This document shows, one piece after another, positions 1 through 14,340 of a stretch of 64,000 nucleotides of DNA. The translations under genes were made by a program, and so were the position numbers. Each line of letters begins with the position of its first letter. Position 1 is the stretch's first letter. The notes under the pieces are model-generated. The model was not told where the DNA came from, did no database searches, and saw only the letters and a list, made by a program, of their open reading frames with translations. Origin of the DNA: Eledone cirrhosa (Eukaryota); NCBI GenBank assembly GCA_964016885.1, contig OZ024750.1, forward strand, positions 15,438,001 to 15,502,000. Reading direction: 5' to 3'.

Positions 1-1522
1 AGATATCCAAGACTAGACATCGTTTGTTATGATAGTCATGGGATCTAATATGGTTAAGTTTTGATTTAAAATTTCATAAATGATGTCCTTTTGAGTGTGC
101 CATAAAAAAGATGCCATGTGCTTTAATATTAACATAAAGATAACTTAGAAGACAAAATAAAATAACATGTTTAAAAATCTGCTTTATTTGTGTAAAATGG
201 GGTCGATAAAATAAGGTACCAGTAATACACTGGGATCAACTTTCCTCTTCCATTAAAATGTTTGACCTTGTGCCAAATGTATGACCAATATGTATGTATG
301 CACATATGTGAGTACGTATGTGTGTATGTGTGGGGGTGAGAGAGAAAGATTTTTACAACCCTCGAAGCCAATAAAACATTAGTAAAATCAATGTAAGTCA
401 ATAACCATACCAACTCGTTTCCAAGGATATGCTGATTGATTTTAGGCGTCATTGTAAAATATTTGCTTCGACAAGAAAAACAAATTGCTGTTAATATTAT
501 ATATAAGATTTCTCGGAAAACGGCGGAAAGCACAAATACAGTGTATCCTCCGGCATTCGCGGTTCCGACATTCACTGAATTTTCCTTAAAACCTAACTAA
601 TAATTGTTCGTGGAAACCACCGCATATTCGCGAAATCGTAAATATCTTCTGCGAATTTTTATGGCTTTTTCTTAGTGGCAATATATTGGCAGTATCGGTA
701 GAGGGTCGAACGCCACGCTTTGCAGCATAGAGTTACGGTCCTCTACGGTCTGAGTTCAAATCCCGCTGAGGTTAACTTTGCCTTACATCCTTACAGGGTC
801 AATAAAATAAAGCACCAGCAATGCACTGGGGTAATTGCTGTCCTTATGTTCTTCTTTAACTGATCAAAGTGTTTGGATTACGCATGCGTGGACCAGTCAT
901 AGAAGCCACTCTGACCCATGTTTAGTTGTGGCTACTGTGTTGATGATTAAAGCCTCTTTATTTCTTAAATTTCTCACATTCCTTTCCATCGCTTCTCTGG
1001 TGATCTCAATCTATATATAGAATTCTATAATGAAAGTATTTTGTAATTAATATGCCACACCATCTGATCTGACCTCTTTTTAACGGTTACTGATAATTTA
1101 TTCAGAATGTTCGGAATGTTTTTTGACACGGTCAAAAGCAAGGGATGTTAGGAATTGTTGTGATTTCTTAGCTATAAATATTTTATTGCAGCATTCATGG
1201 AAATGACTATACACATTTAGGACTAAATTGAGGTTCCAAAAGGTCACTGAATTTATTTCTAATCGACTCCTCTACGATCCAAGATCATAAATTCTGAATA
1301 CTGTTTTACCATATATATAGGTGTCAAAACCCATTTCCGCCGATGTACATCCCTCAAAGAAGCACAGTGTGTGTATGTTTGTATGTGTGTGTGCGTGTGT
1401 GCGTGTGTATGTGTGGATAGGAAGAAGGAAAAATAGAGAGAGTAGATAGAATACAATGTAGTTTTGTGGTTGTAAAACCTGACCTATTTACACACATAAT
1501 TGTCCTCCCACACTGCCCCTAG

Positions 1523-1673
<151 letters not shown>

Positions 1674-2101
1674 TATATTTCTTCCTCTCCCTCCCTTCCT
1701 CTCTCATCCAAACAGTCACGATTTTTTTTTCAATGATAAATGCAAATGCTTCTTTCCTTTTTACGATTTAAATCTGTAAAACCGAAATGTTTAATAATTA
1801 TATTAATTTAGCCATTAATTTAACCATTACTTAAAAAAAAAACAAAAAAAACAATTCTACTCCAATCTTTATTACAATACAGTAGTTTGTATTTACTTTC
1901 TACAACACCTAGGAAAAATTTGAACTCAGCGTCCCAAAATAATGAAACACTTCATTTATACAACGACCGAATTGTATTATTGACCGAGACGTAGAAGTGT
2001 GATGCAGACCTATCAGCCTCTAAATACCCAAACGGGGAGTACTGTGGAAAAAGTGCCCGAGACGGAGAAGAATGAGGCAAAATGGGGAGATTTTACATAA
2101 T

Positions 2102-2284
2102 TGTTTCTACGTTAGGCACAAGGCCAGCAAATACCCAGTGTATTACTGGTACTTTATTTTATCGAACCCGTAAGGATGAAAGGCAAAGTTAACCTCGGCG
2201 GGATTTGAACTCAGAATGGCAAGGGCCGTAACTCTATGCGTCAAAGCATGGCGTCCGACCCTCTACCAATACTGCCAATCCACC
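2102..2284 (-). mobile_element. Full-length tRNA-derived SINE (Meta-domain-like core) with 18-bp TSD
   Basis: A box TGGCAGTATTGG, B box GTTCAAATCC, core GCCTTTCATCCTTACGGG-TCGATAAAATAAAGTACCAG. TSD GGGGAGATTTTACATAAT (2084-2101 / 2285-2302). Many further copies, e.g. ~680, 6975, 9565, 9950, 11836, 12045, 40540, 45536, 55233, 57775, 61890. Confidence 0.9.
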
Positions 2285-2354
2285 GGGGAGATTTTACATA
2301 ATGAAAGCTATACCTATTTTTACAAGAGTAGACATCTCTCACCCACCCCACCAA

Positions 2355-3240
2355 ATATATATATCTCCACTATATATATATATCTCCTGTCTATATATAT
2401 ATCCACTATATATATCTCCACTATATATATATCTCCACTATATATATATATCTCCTGTCTATATATATCTCCACTATATATATCTCCACTATATATATAT
2501 CTCCACTATATATATATATCTCCTGTCTATATATATCTCCACTATATATATCTCCACTATATATATCTCCACTATATATATATCTCCACTATATATATAT
2601 ATCTCCTGTCTATATATATCTCCACTATATAAATATCTCCTGTCTATATATATCTCCACTATATATATATATATCCTGTCTATATATATATCCTGTCTAT
2701 ATATATCTCCTGTCTATATATATATATCTCCACTATATATATATCTCCACTATATATATATATATCTCCTGTCTATATCTCCACTATATATATCTCCACT
2801 ATATATATATATATCCTGTCTATATATATATCTCCACTATATATATATATATCCTGTCTATATATATCTCCACTATATATATATATATCTCCTGTCTATA
2901 TATATCTCCACTCTATATATATCTCCACTATATATATATATATATCCTGTCTATATATATCTCCACTCTATATATATCTCCACTCTATATATATCTCCAC
3001 TCTATATATATCTCCACTATATATATATATATATCCTGTCTATATATATCTCCACTCTATATATATCTCCACTCTATATATATCTCCACTCTATATATAT
3101 CTCCACTATATATATATATCTGCAGTATATATATATCTCCACTATATATATATATCTCCACTCTATATATATAATCCACTATATATATATATATATCTCC
3201 ACTATATATATATCCACTATATATATCTCCATTATATACC
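2355..3240. repeat. Compound minisatellite (TA)n-CTCCAC / (TA)n-CTCCTGTC inside a non-autonomous DNA element
   Basis: Directly visible. The host element sequence (CTATTTTTACAAGAG.AGACATCTCTCACCC) is duplicated on both sides; other copies at about 29125-29300 and 61080-61230. Confidence 0.9.
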
Positions 3241-4009
3241 TATTTTTACAAGAGAAGACATCTCTCACCCAAACGAGGAGATCTCGCTGTCGGACGGCGA
3301 GAGTTGACAGGTCATCAGACCTTTAAACTCTCCTACGTCTGATGATGAAAGAAATATGTTTCACAGTTTTTAATATATAATTTAATTACAAAATAAAACA
3401 AAGGAAGGGGAAAAGTAAGTCGATTGTCAATATCCCAGATTTCATTCGCTTACCGAGTTCAAATCCCGCTGAGGTTAACTTTGCCTTACATCCTTACAGG
3501 GTCAATAAAATAAAGCACCAGCAATGCACTGGGGTAATTGCTGTCCTTATGTTCTTCTTTAACTGATCAAAGTGTTTGGATTACGCATGCGTGGACCAGT
3601 CATGAAGCCACTCTGACCCATGTTTAGTTGTGGCTACTGTGTTGATGATTAAAGCCTCTTTATTTCTTAAATTTCTCACATTCCTTTCCATCGCTTCTCT
3701 GGTGATCTCAATCTATTTATAGAATTCTATAATGAAAGGAACTCGTTAAATGGAACTAAGGAAACAATGTTTCTGTTGATCTTTCCATTGCTGATACTAT
3801 CTATCGGCCGCAACTCCTGGTACAAAGATCAACATGAAACACATTTATAATAATAATAATGAAATTATTGTGTACAGTGCTCAGGTGCACTACAACTCAT
3901 CAAAGGTGCATGTATAGTACATAGACAGATAAAAATACACACACTCCTATATATATATATACATAGACAGATATATATACACACACACTCATATATATAT
4001 ACATAGACA

Positions 4010-4379
4010 TGTAGCGGTTGTCTCCCTTGTTTGGATTAACGTCTGGACGGGAAGTGGGGCCCTTTCTGTAACTTCCGGTCAGAGCCCTATAAAACTAACA
4101 ACTTTAAGCTCTCTTTCTCTCATTGCCTTTTCGGCACCAGGTCAAGAGCCTCTCATTTGGCTCTGCCATTCATTTGGCCAACAGGCGCCTGGCCTTAGCC
4201 AGGCGTCCTCTGCCAGCCGCGTTTGCCTGGCAATCAAAACGGTAACTACTAACTTTGCTTCATTCTATCAACCTCATCTTTGACATGTCAACTATACTAT
4301 CTACCATTGTTAATTAAATATTATACACACAAACATTGTATTCCTTGTTACATTCATACAACCCAGTATCTTCGCTATA
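4010..4379 (+). mobile_element. Solo LTR (gypsy-like)
   Basis: TGTAGCG...CGCTATA termini, TATAAAA box, ATTAAA signal, 4-bp TSD GACA (4006-4009 / 4380-4383). A near-identical copy starts at 28656. Confidence 0.8.
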
Positions 4380-4382
4380 GAC

Positions 4383-4448
<66 letters not shown>

Positions 4449-4699
4449 TCATACATATATACATAGACAGATAAAAATACACACACACACTCCTATATAT
4501 ATATATATACATAGGCAGATATATATACACACACACTCATATATATATACATAGACAGATATATATATATCTATAAATATATATATATACACTCATACTC
4601 ATATATATATACATAGATGGTGGCTGCCAACTCGTTTTCGAGTACGGCCACTACTTTATATCCATGTAGGAGAACCCCTACCGATGCGCTGAACGAGCG

Positions 4700-5160
4700 T
4701 GACTTTTTAGTCCAGCCAGCGACTTGAAAACTCTGGTACAAACACTACACTTGTGACAATTATTGACACATAGTGCTGGGCCCATGGTAACATGTGATGA
4801 CAAGTGCAGAGAGATCTCCAGATATAAAACAATGCCTGTGCCGTGAAGCTTTTATAGTGAGCAAAGGCACTGCACAAAGCCAGTCCCACTCTCTTAACCA
4901 AGATGATATTTGCCAAAAAGAAGAACATGTCAACATCATTGGATACCATCAGGGTTGCAGGTGTTATATCAGAGTTTTCCTTCTCCTAGAATTCTGCCTT
5001 GACAAAGGCTAAGGGGGTCATCTCTCCCGGTGATTTTGGATGGCCATTGACTCTTAAGAGCTCCTTTGCCCTTTGACAGGTTTTGTTTTTAGTCCTGCAG
5101 GATGTCCAAAGTCACCCTCCTCACCAAGAAACCTTGGTGGGGTTGCCAGTTTAGTCGCCA
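4700..5160 (-). mobile_element. Possible degenerate LTR-retrotransposon 5' internal/gag fragment
   Basis: PBS-like TGGCGACT at about 5160 on the minus strand, and a decayed CCHC-like peptide (CFISGDLSALVITC) near 4790-4835. Confidence 0.3.
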
Positions 5161-5427
5161 ATGACCCGACCATGATAGATACATATATACACACACTCAT
5201 ATATACATAGACAGATATAGATACACACACACACACGGTCGCAACTCCTGGTAGAAAGATCAACATGAAAAAAAGAGTAACTTAATCTGGTGCAACTAGA
5301 CATGAGCAAGCCCCTTTCAAAGGGTCAGAGCAGTTTCTACAGTTCAAGGATGTTTTCAAAAACATATAACAACCGGTTAACGGGAAGAAGCTTAATGCAG
5401 GGTATCCGATGTCGAAATTAGTATGTA

Positions 5428-5854
5428 TTTAACGAAGGGTATTAGTAGTGGTTGTTAGACGAAATAACAAGAATAGCATATTTACTTTATATAAAAAAAG
5501 GTTTACTTCACTTCAGTCAAAAAGAACAATAAACAAGTTACCACGAGTTGCGAAGGTTGACAATGTTATTTTGTTGTTGGTTCATGAGGCTGGTGTAGTC
5601 TGCAACCATGAAAGAGAGAGAGATTAATGGTCTGTAGACCTCTGCGGCCTGAAGGTAGCGGTGAATCTTTCACATAGCTTGTCTGTATCGTGGTGCTCCG
5701 ATCTCTCTGTCTAAACGTGGGATGAAACAGGCTTTATATACCTGTCGCTTTCTGTCTCCCATCTCGAGGGATCGCCTACGCATGAACCCGTCCACGCCGG
5801 AATTTGACTTTTAGGTGTCACCCAAGGTTCAAGGCGTGGACAGATTTCGCTACA
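5428..5854 (-). mobile_element. Solo LTR of a second family
   Basis: Minus strand begins TGTAGCGAAA and ends TTCGTTAAA (degenerate); TATATAAA box; 4-bp TSD TGTA (5424-5427 / 5855-5858). Confidence 0.65.
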
Positions 5855-7785
5855 TGTATAGTATTTGCCTTGGCATTTGCATTCAAAGACGCCTGCAGTT
5901 TAGTCTTAGGCCAGTAATTGCTTTCATTTCTTATATCCTCCTGTGTATATAGAAATTCGGCTTTCTAACAATAAATATGTGTTTATATCGAATTGAGTGT
6001 TAAAAAAGATAATTATTTATACATGATGTCAGAAGCCTGTTGCTGCAAGTACAAGAAGAAGGACCACGCTGACCAAGGTATTTTCTTAAGGGCTCCTCTA
6101 GAGGGAATTAAATTATACAATTGTTTGTGATAAACAAGGTCTATAAATGTTTTAGCCTGTAATTATTAAAAGGTATAAACAGGCATTTGACTCTCTTTTC
6201 GTTATAATCGCAAATTATTTGTGCGTAAACATGAATATGCCAGTGTTCACAAGTTTTGACTCAGTGCCAGCCACTTAATCTTGATTTTAAAAAAGTAGAC
6301 TTAGCAACCCAGAAATGGGTTACAAACAAAAATACTTTTCAAACAGACTTGAATTCAACCAAAATGACCTAACAGAAAAGACTGGAGTGAGTTCTGCTGC
6401 ACGTCGGGCTGAGGGGGGCCAAACTCTCCAAATACCGGTCGCTCTCCGACAGGTTTGCGGTCGTCCCCTTGGCAGTGGAAACTTCTGGTGTCTTCGGGCC
6501 TAGGGCTACCCCCTACTCACCACCATAGGCGCTGAGCTGGCCAGCCGCAGGTGTGAGCCTCATGAGTTGGAATGACTCTTCCAACGCATCTCCCTTACCA
6601 TCCTCCGGGGAAACGCCTTCTCCATTCTGTCCTCCTGGACTGTGGGGAGGCCAACAATATGATTACTTAACCCTTTCATTACTATTTGCTAAATTTATAA
6701 TTTATATGGTTTCGTTAACAATGATGCGAAGAATTGGACTGTATTGAAGGAACTATAATGTTTTTTTGTATTTTTGTTGTGTGTATGGGGGGGGGGGGGG
6801 TCATAAATCTTAACGTAAAATAAAATAAGTTCTTTTCATTGATGATATAAAAAATAACCAAACGACAGGTGTTTTTAATACCTTAACATCGTTTAATGAA
6901 ATAACATTTTCCTAGGTCACATAAATTCAACCAAGGTTAAATGCATATGATCGATTTAGAACAATGAAAATAATTGTTTCTACATTTAGCACAAGGCCAG
7001 AAATTACCCCAGTGTATAACTGGTACTTTATTTTATCAACCCCGTAAGGATGAAAGGCAAAGTTAACCTCATGCGGGATTTGAACTCAGATCATAAAGGG
7101 CCGTAACGCTTTGCTATAAAGCATGGCGTCAGACCCTCTACCGATACTGCCAATCCACTAAAGAGAGATGGGGAGAGCGGGAGGGACGGTGGCAGTGACA
7201 GTGGGAGTTTGGTGCCACTGTATTCGGACCAGGCCGGTGTACATGTATATATTTATATACCACACCACATTAAGTGTATATCTTTTTACCTGTGATTTGT
7301 CACACAGCCGCAATTGAGTGTTAATGAGATGTAAAGAACACGTCTATTTTTAATGAAAATGTAAGTTAAAAATTTTTTTTTTTTTAATATAAAACAGTTG
7401 GGGTTCTGCTAAAGATACGGTACTTTGGATTCTAGCTTAAATTTCAAGCCCCTCAAAAGTAATATCCATGTAATTTATAAATTTAACCTTAAAAATGGTC
7501 TAAAAAATTCGACATTCACATATATACAGCACACACATACACACACACACACACACATATATATTTAGTGAAGGTGTGTGGCTGAAGGTCAGAGAATTAG
7601 ACTCTCAATCATGAGGTTGTGAGTTCGATTCCTGGACCGGGCGATGCGTTATGTCCTTGGGCAAGACACTTTATTTCACGTTGCTCCGTCTACCTGGAGT
7701 TGCGACCGATAGATAGTATTAGCAATTGGAAAAACTAATGAAAACATTGTTTCCTTGGTCCGATTTGACGAAAGTCGATCGACTG

Positions 7786-7859
<74 letters not shown>

Positions 7860-8047
7860 AGCAGGGTATCGTTTAAGGTAATCCAGTTAGAGGTTGTGGG
7901 TACTCTGTACTATGGATAGTTTTAACGTTTGACTCAACAAGAGTTAGGTGGCGAGTTTAAGAGAATTCTCTTGCAGGTGGGTCTTGGAGTAATAATAGTG
8001 AAAGAGTGAAGAATAACATGATTGTCTGTACAAAAAGGGTTTATTTA

Positions 8048-8160
8048 CAGTATTAACAATTGTTTCATTAATCAGGTGAGTCTAAAGGCCGCCGATCGCT
8101 AGAAATTGCGTCACTCAACCTTAATTAATGCGTGTCTCTGATCAAATCATCGGAATACTG
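8048..8160 (-). ncRNA. Type I hammerhead ribozyme fold (Penelope pLTR-type), long stem II
   Basis: Minus strand: CAGUAUU-CCGAUGA-U/UUGAUCAG...CUGAUUAA/U-GAAA-CAAUUG-UU-AAUACUG. Stem I is 7 bp; stem III is palindromic AACAAUUGUU. The inverted arm near 8320 retains CTGATGA. Confidence 0.65.
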
Positions 8161-8809
8161 ATGGGTATAATACAGGGCACTGGTATTCATAGATACATCG
8201 GAGAATAAAGTAAATGAAAACAATAATAAATAATATAATATTATTTTTTATTATTGGTGTTATTGTTTTCATTTACTTTATTCTCCGATCTATCTATAAA
8301 TACCAGTGCCCTTCAGTATTCTGATGATTTTATCAGAGACATATATATTTGAAATATATTTGCAATGTCGTAAATTCATACAATTGTAAAAAAAAAAGTT
8401 TATACATTCAATCTTCATTCTGACAAGAATTTAATATATTCTTGTCTGACGAGTAAAAAAGACAACTTAAGTCTCGCAGTAATAAAGAATGTACTAAATT
8501 CTTGTCAGAATGAAGATTGAATGTATAAATTTTTAAATTTTTTACAATTGTATGAATTTACAGTAGAACGACATTGCAAATATGTTTCAAATATATACAT
8601 AAAACGGTAAGTTTTATTAAATAACGTTATAAATGGGAGTGAAAATATGAACATATGATATATACAAAGCATATAAATAAATTTACAGTAGAATAACATA
8701 ACAAATATGTTTTAAATATATACATAAATAACATTACAAATGCTTAGATAACATTATAAGTTGCGGCCGATTGTTTCAGAAGGATATAATCCTATAATCC
8801 TTTAATGTT

Positions 8810-9010
8810 GCGTTTGAAACGAAAAGGGGCATATGTTGGTATTAGCGGTATAAATACGGTGCCTCCTTTACCACATCTAGTGGAGATTTTGTCTTCGATA
8901 ATGTGAGGTTGTAGCTCAATCACAGCCATATGCGTCCCATTGCACAATCATGGCTGATCCAGGTTTCTGAGAAGTATGACGACTCTGTCCTTCTTCAATT
9001 CAAGGTTGGT
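8810..9010 (-). pseudogene. Helitron PIF1-like helicase fragment
   Basis: Minus translation LELKKDRVVILLRNLDQP*LCNGTHMAVIELQPHIIEDKISTRCGKGGTVFIPLIP matches the LLRNL..LCNGT..VFIPRI motif; in-frame stop. Confidence 0.8.
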
Positions 9011-12000
9011 TCCTCGCCGTCAACTGTGTGTATGTAGGGGTATCAGTGAAATATATATATTGATTTGTTTCAGTTATAATAAGATCTTCGAAAGATTTTT
9101 ATATAATAGACTTTCAATCATAAATTCTCTGCTTTATGTATGTATGTATGTATGTATGTATGTATGTATGTGTGTGTATGTATGTATATGTATGTATGTG
9201 TGTGCGTGTGTATGCGTATATATATATATAGCGAGATAGATAGATGTGTGTGTGTGCTAGAATTCACTGTAAGTTTGTGATCGAACTACCGTTCGCCGTC
9301 GAGTCCTCAGTCGTCCTCGGACCCCGTGCAGTTAAACTCCTCCATAAAATCGGGATATGAGCAGCCCATCAGAGGAAGGAGCCCCGCGAGGTGTGATAGC
9401 TGTTGAGGCGAGTGTTGCTGATTATTGTCCGTAGAGCCTGTCACCCTCTCCCCATCTTTCTGTCGTGGCTTAATAGTCCTTGCTCTTTCCCCCCTTTATA
9501 GTCCTTTCCTTTACATTCCTATACAACCAGATCTGCCCTTCTTTACCCACACCTTTCCTTTTAGGGTAGGGCGCCATGCTTTGACGCATAGAGTTACGGC
9601 CCTTTCCATTCTGAGTTCAAATCTCGCCATGGTTAACTTTACTTTCATCCTTACAGGGTCGATAAAATAAAGTACCAGTAATGTACTGGGTAATTGCTGG
9701 CCTTGTGCCAAAAATTTGAAACAATTATTTATATAATTAATTAAAACTCGTGCTTTTGCGGTCTTGTCCGCGGGGCACAGCCCTTCTGCCCAAAGCCTAA
9801 CCACATTCCTCCTTCACCCTCCCCTCTCTTCTGCGTCACTAGAGTTCTTGTCATCCTCTCTCCTCGCTTTTTTCTTTTTTTCTCTATATTTTCCTATTCT
9901 TTTTTTCTTTTGTTTCTTTTTCTCCTTTTATTATTGTTGTCATTGTAAGAGCGGTGGATTGGCAGTATCGGTAGAGGGTCGGACGCCATCCTTTGCAGCA
10001 TAGAGATACGACCCTTTATGATCTGAGTTCAAGGTTAACTTTGCCTTTTATCATTAAGGGGTCGATAAAAATAAAGCACCACTCACGCACTGGGGTCGAT
10101 TTAATCGACTTTCCCCTACCTCAAAATTGCTGACCTTGTGCCTATATAAGAAATTACTGTTATTGTTACTGTCAATAAAAAGATCCAATTACTTTTTTTA
10201 TTTAAATCCTTGATTATAATACTCTATTATATATAAAAAAGACTTAAATGAATTGTATTCTGCTTGATGAGGACTGACCAGGTGGGATGGATATAAATAC
10301 CTTCTTCTGTCTTTAGTCAAAATTAATAATTCTTTTCCAGCGCTGCAAGAAATCTTTCAATTATTTCAAGTATTCAATTATTTCAAATATTCAATTATTT
10401 CAAATATTCAATTATTTCAAGTATTCTAAGAGGGGTTTTCCAGTGCTCCTCGCAATATTGTAATCTTTTGTTCTGATAGCGGTTCGTTTGTCCACCCCTT
10501 TCGCCTGCCTTTTGTTTATATGGTCCTAGATGTGTATTACCTGCTTGCTTGCTTGCTTGTATGTATGTATGTATGTTTAAATGATTTAATAAAGATATGT
10601 TAATTAATAAATCATTATCTCATCACATTTGTCGTTTTAGTCTGCTTGGCAGAGATACACACGATAATGGCTATTTTGTGATATCCAGAATAATTTTTGT
10701 CGATTGCAATACACTGTACTAGATAAATTAGATAATTTAGATAACAAATGATGACTAAAACGGTTTATTTCATTCCTCGCTTGCTTTCAATCTTTCTATG
10801 TACGAAACTAAATTTTGAAATGTGTGCTTGTAAACAAGGTACTGCACAACTATTATCCCAATTTGCCAAGTGCGCTTAGCAAGTTTCCCTTATAATTTAT
10901 CACCCGAGACATCCGAAGGAATTTACCTAGCCGGTTCGTTAACAATATTTTCTTCTCAATTATATTTATTAGTTAATTGTGTATCATTATTATATTTATA
11001 ATCATCTTATTTTAAGATAAGTAACTGCTATTATTTTTATATTTTTTACACCTTCTCCCTCTATGATCTCTGCACAGATATTATTGTGATAAAAACAGAC
11101 AGTAGCTTAAATGTATGTAATTAAAGGTCTTTTTCCAAAGCAAAAAAATAAATACTAATAATAATTTCTTTATTAACCAAAAAAGGGTTTACAAAAAAAA
11201 TACATTAGGGACAGCACAGCACAGGACGGTACAAATATAATAATAATAATGCTTTCTTTATTAACCACAAGGGTTTACACAAAGTAGACGTTAAGGACAG
11301 CACAGGATGGTACAGGACGGTACAAATGGGCATTTCTGCGTGTAAAAAAAACAAAAACAGTAATGATGATAATAATGTTTTTTTTTTATTAGCCACACAG
11401 GGCTCACATTAAGGAGACATTAAAGACAGTACAGTGTTGGGGGAAGGTGTAAAATAAAATTTATAACAGAGATTAAGAAAATAAACATTAAAAAATAAAC
11501 AAACAAACATAGCTAATGGTAATTTTGTGTTAATAAGGAAATTTTATAATTTTAGAAAATACACAATAGTGTAAACATGAAAGAACAGCTGAACTCCTAG
11601 CGCTGTTAATTTCAATATTAATTACTAGCATGCAATACTATTTACTTTTATTTCCTCTGCGAATTATTCTGTGCTCTCCGTAACATTCCCCTTTATGTTG
11701 AGATGATGTTTAAATGTTATCTCAGCTTTTATGTAGCAAAGCAGGCAGGTGCTCACTAAGCCTCTCTCCTCTTATGCGCTCTACGTTTTACTCCGCTGTT
11801 TAAATATGATGTATACACATACATTATATATATTCAGCGGTGGATTGGCAGTATCGGTAGAGGGTCTGACGCCATGCTTTCCAGCATAGTTACGTCCCTT
11901 TACGATCTGAGTTCAAATCCCGCCGAGGTTGACTTTGCCTTTCATCCTTACGGGGTCGATAAAATAAAGTACCAGTAATGTACTGGGATAATTGCTGGCC

Positions 12001-13289
12001 TTGTGCCTAAAGTAGAAACAATTATATATATAGAGAGAGAGAGAGGGTCGGACGCCGGGTTTTGAAGCATAGAGTTACCTCCCTTTATGATCTGAGTTCA
12101 AATGCCGCCGAGGTTAACTTTGCCTTTCATCCTTACAGGGTCGATAAAATAAAGTACCAGTAATACACTGGGATAATTGCTGGTCTCGTGCCAAAAGTAG
12201 AAACAATTATATATATATATATATATATATAAATGAGAAGTATAGAAATTATTGTAGCAAGAAGCCAACAGTATTCCATTAGATTAAAGATTAAGCAAAG
12301 AATCGGTGCTTTCACCCTTAACGGGATCTTCTGAAACTAACAAAGTCAATCTGTAAACGCAGAAGTGGATATTTCAAAAAACGTTGCAACCGGAGGAAGA
12401 CAGGAAGACGATACTTTGGTTCGTGGAAACGTTCCCTGGCAAAGAACGGGGGAAAAAGAATATAATACGTCATTATTTGGAGCGGTGAAAAATAATTACA
12501 CGCAAAGACAAAACCACGTTTATGGTATAAAAGAGGTCGTAGACTAATATTCTCTTAAGTGGTTCATAGAGACGTTCTCTGGCAATGAACGGAAAAAAAC
12601 GAAGATAATACGCCATATGTGGAGCGTGGAGAACAATTGCACGCAAAGACAAAACCACGTAAATGGTATAACTGAAGTCGTAGTCTAAAATTCTAACTAG
12701 GAAACCGAATGATTCTCGGCTTCAGAGTTAAGAATAAAGTAAATAAAATACAGAGGTAATATATAGTAATAATAATAAATGTGAAGACTAAAATCCGAAG
12801 AGGGCTCGATAATCCGGTGAATCGCACGAGATACTTTCGTTTTCTTATCTTATATTAATTTAACATTCGGTCAGTCAACACAAGCCACATATTCAACTGA
12901 CACTGGACATGAGCTAATAATTGTTTCTACTTTTTGGCACAAGGCCAGCAAATATTACTGGTACTTTATTTTATCGACCCCGTAAGGATGAAAGGCAAAG
13001 TTAACCTCGGCGGGATTTGGGCATAAGCTAATAATAATTGTTTCTATTTTAGGCACAAGGCCAGCAATTACACAGTACATTACTGGTACTAATGATTAAT
13101 GACAATAATTTTAAAATTTATTGCGGATTCACCCATGTGGAATCTTACACACTCACACAGGTTTTGATTTTACTGCTGCAGTCTTGCCCATGTGGAATTT
13201 TACACAAACTCACAATTTTTTTATTTTACTGCGGATTTACCCATGTGAATTATTACACAAACTCACAGCCTTTAAACTTTTACTTTATG

Positions 13290-14340
13290 TTCTACCTCCA
13301 ACGCTTCGACGATCTAATCTTCAAGAGACTCGAGTGCTTGGTCAATGTTAGACTCTCTCCAGAGTCCCGCGATCAGGCTGCGTTGCCCAAGCGATTTGGG
13401 GGTCTTGGTCTTCATAAGTGTTCGTCCCTTTCTCTCTCCTGCTTCCTTTCCTATACCCACGCTAGTTCCACCCTGGTGAGCAACATCCTCTCCTCTCCAA
13501 CAGGGACTAGTTCTAACAGGGAGTTGGGTGAAGCTCTCCAGCAATGGAGTGAGTTGAGCTTGTCTCTTCCTAAGAAGGTGGAGGACAGTCGAAGTCAGAG
13601 ACTTTGGGACAGCATAAGTTCGAGGGCCACCTTCGACTCCCTCTTCGTCCAGTCGGATCAGTTTGCAAGGTGCCACTTACTATCTGCCAGTGCCAAATAC
13701 TTAGGTGATTGGGTTGATGGCCTACCTGTGGCTAACGTTGGTGGCCTACTCAGCCTGGGCGAACTTCGTGTCGCCATCGCCCTCGGAGTGGGAGCTGACG
13801 TCTGCATGAGTTTGGGGTGTCGATGAGGTAAACTCCACGACTCCACAGGCCTCCATGGTCTTTCTTGTCGCCTGAATGCCGGTCGCTTCGCGCGTCACAC
13901 GGATCTAAACCTCATTCTCAAGAGAACTTTGGCCCGGGAAAACAACCATCCGGGTTGTCCAGAAGTGACGACAAAAGACTTGACGGCCTTACCCTGTGCC
14001 TCTGGTCGAGAGGCAGGTGCCTCGTCTGGGACGTCACTGTTAGCGACTCTTTTGCTTCTTCCCCACATCCTGGATGCTGCGGTTAGGGCGAGAGCCACAG
14101 CTTCCGCAGAGCAAGACCCTCAAATACTGTGATCTGTCGGCCAACTACATTTTCAAGCCTGTGGCTTTCTAGACGTTTGGGGGAGACGGACTGCTGACTG
14201 CGAGTTTCTTCACTGGCGGCTCGCCTAATAGAGGTAACTGGCGAATTTCGCGAGGGCGCTTGGTTGTTCCAGCGCACCAGCCGAGCCATCACCCGAGGCA
14301 ACGCTGCGAGTGCGCTGGCTTGCCTCCAAAAGTCATTAGA
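13290..14340 (+). mobile_element. CRE-like non-LTR retrotransposon 3' fragment (RT thumb, zinc knuckle, restriction-like endonuclease), frameshifted
   Basis: QAALPKRFGGLGL; CR..DSTGLHGLSC; RSDDKRLDGLTL..WSRGRCLVWDVTVSDSF; FQRTSRAITRGNA. Confidence 0.8.

Noticed and set aside
2102-2284. tRNA genes suggested by A/B boxes
   Set aside because: These are SINE heads with no full cloverleaf, always followed by the SINE core.
2216-3326. 341-aa and 138-aa ORFs
   Set aside because: Translations of a TA-rich minisatellite (I/Y/S/L repeats); no domain.
3335-3370. CTGATGA followed by a hairpin (hammerhead candidate)
   Set aside because: No GAAA after stem II and no stem I/III pairing.
12365-12547. 60-aa ORF repeated at 26253 and 37852
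   Set aside because: Chance ORF within a repeated non-coding pLTR-like element.
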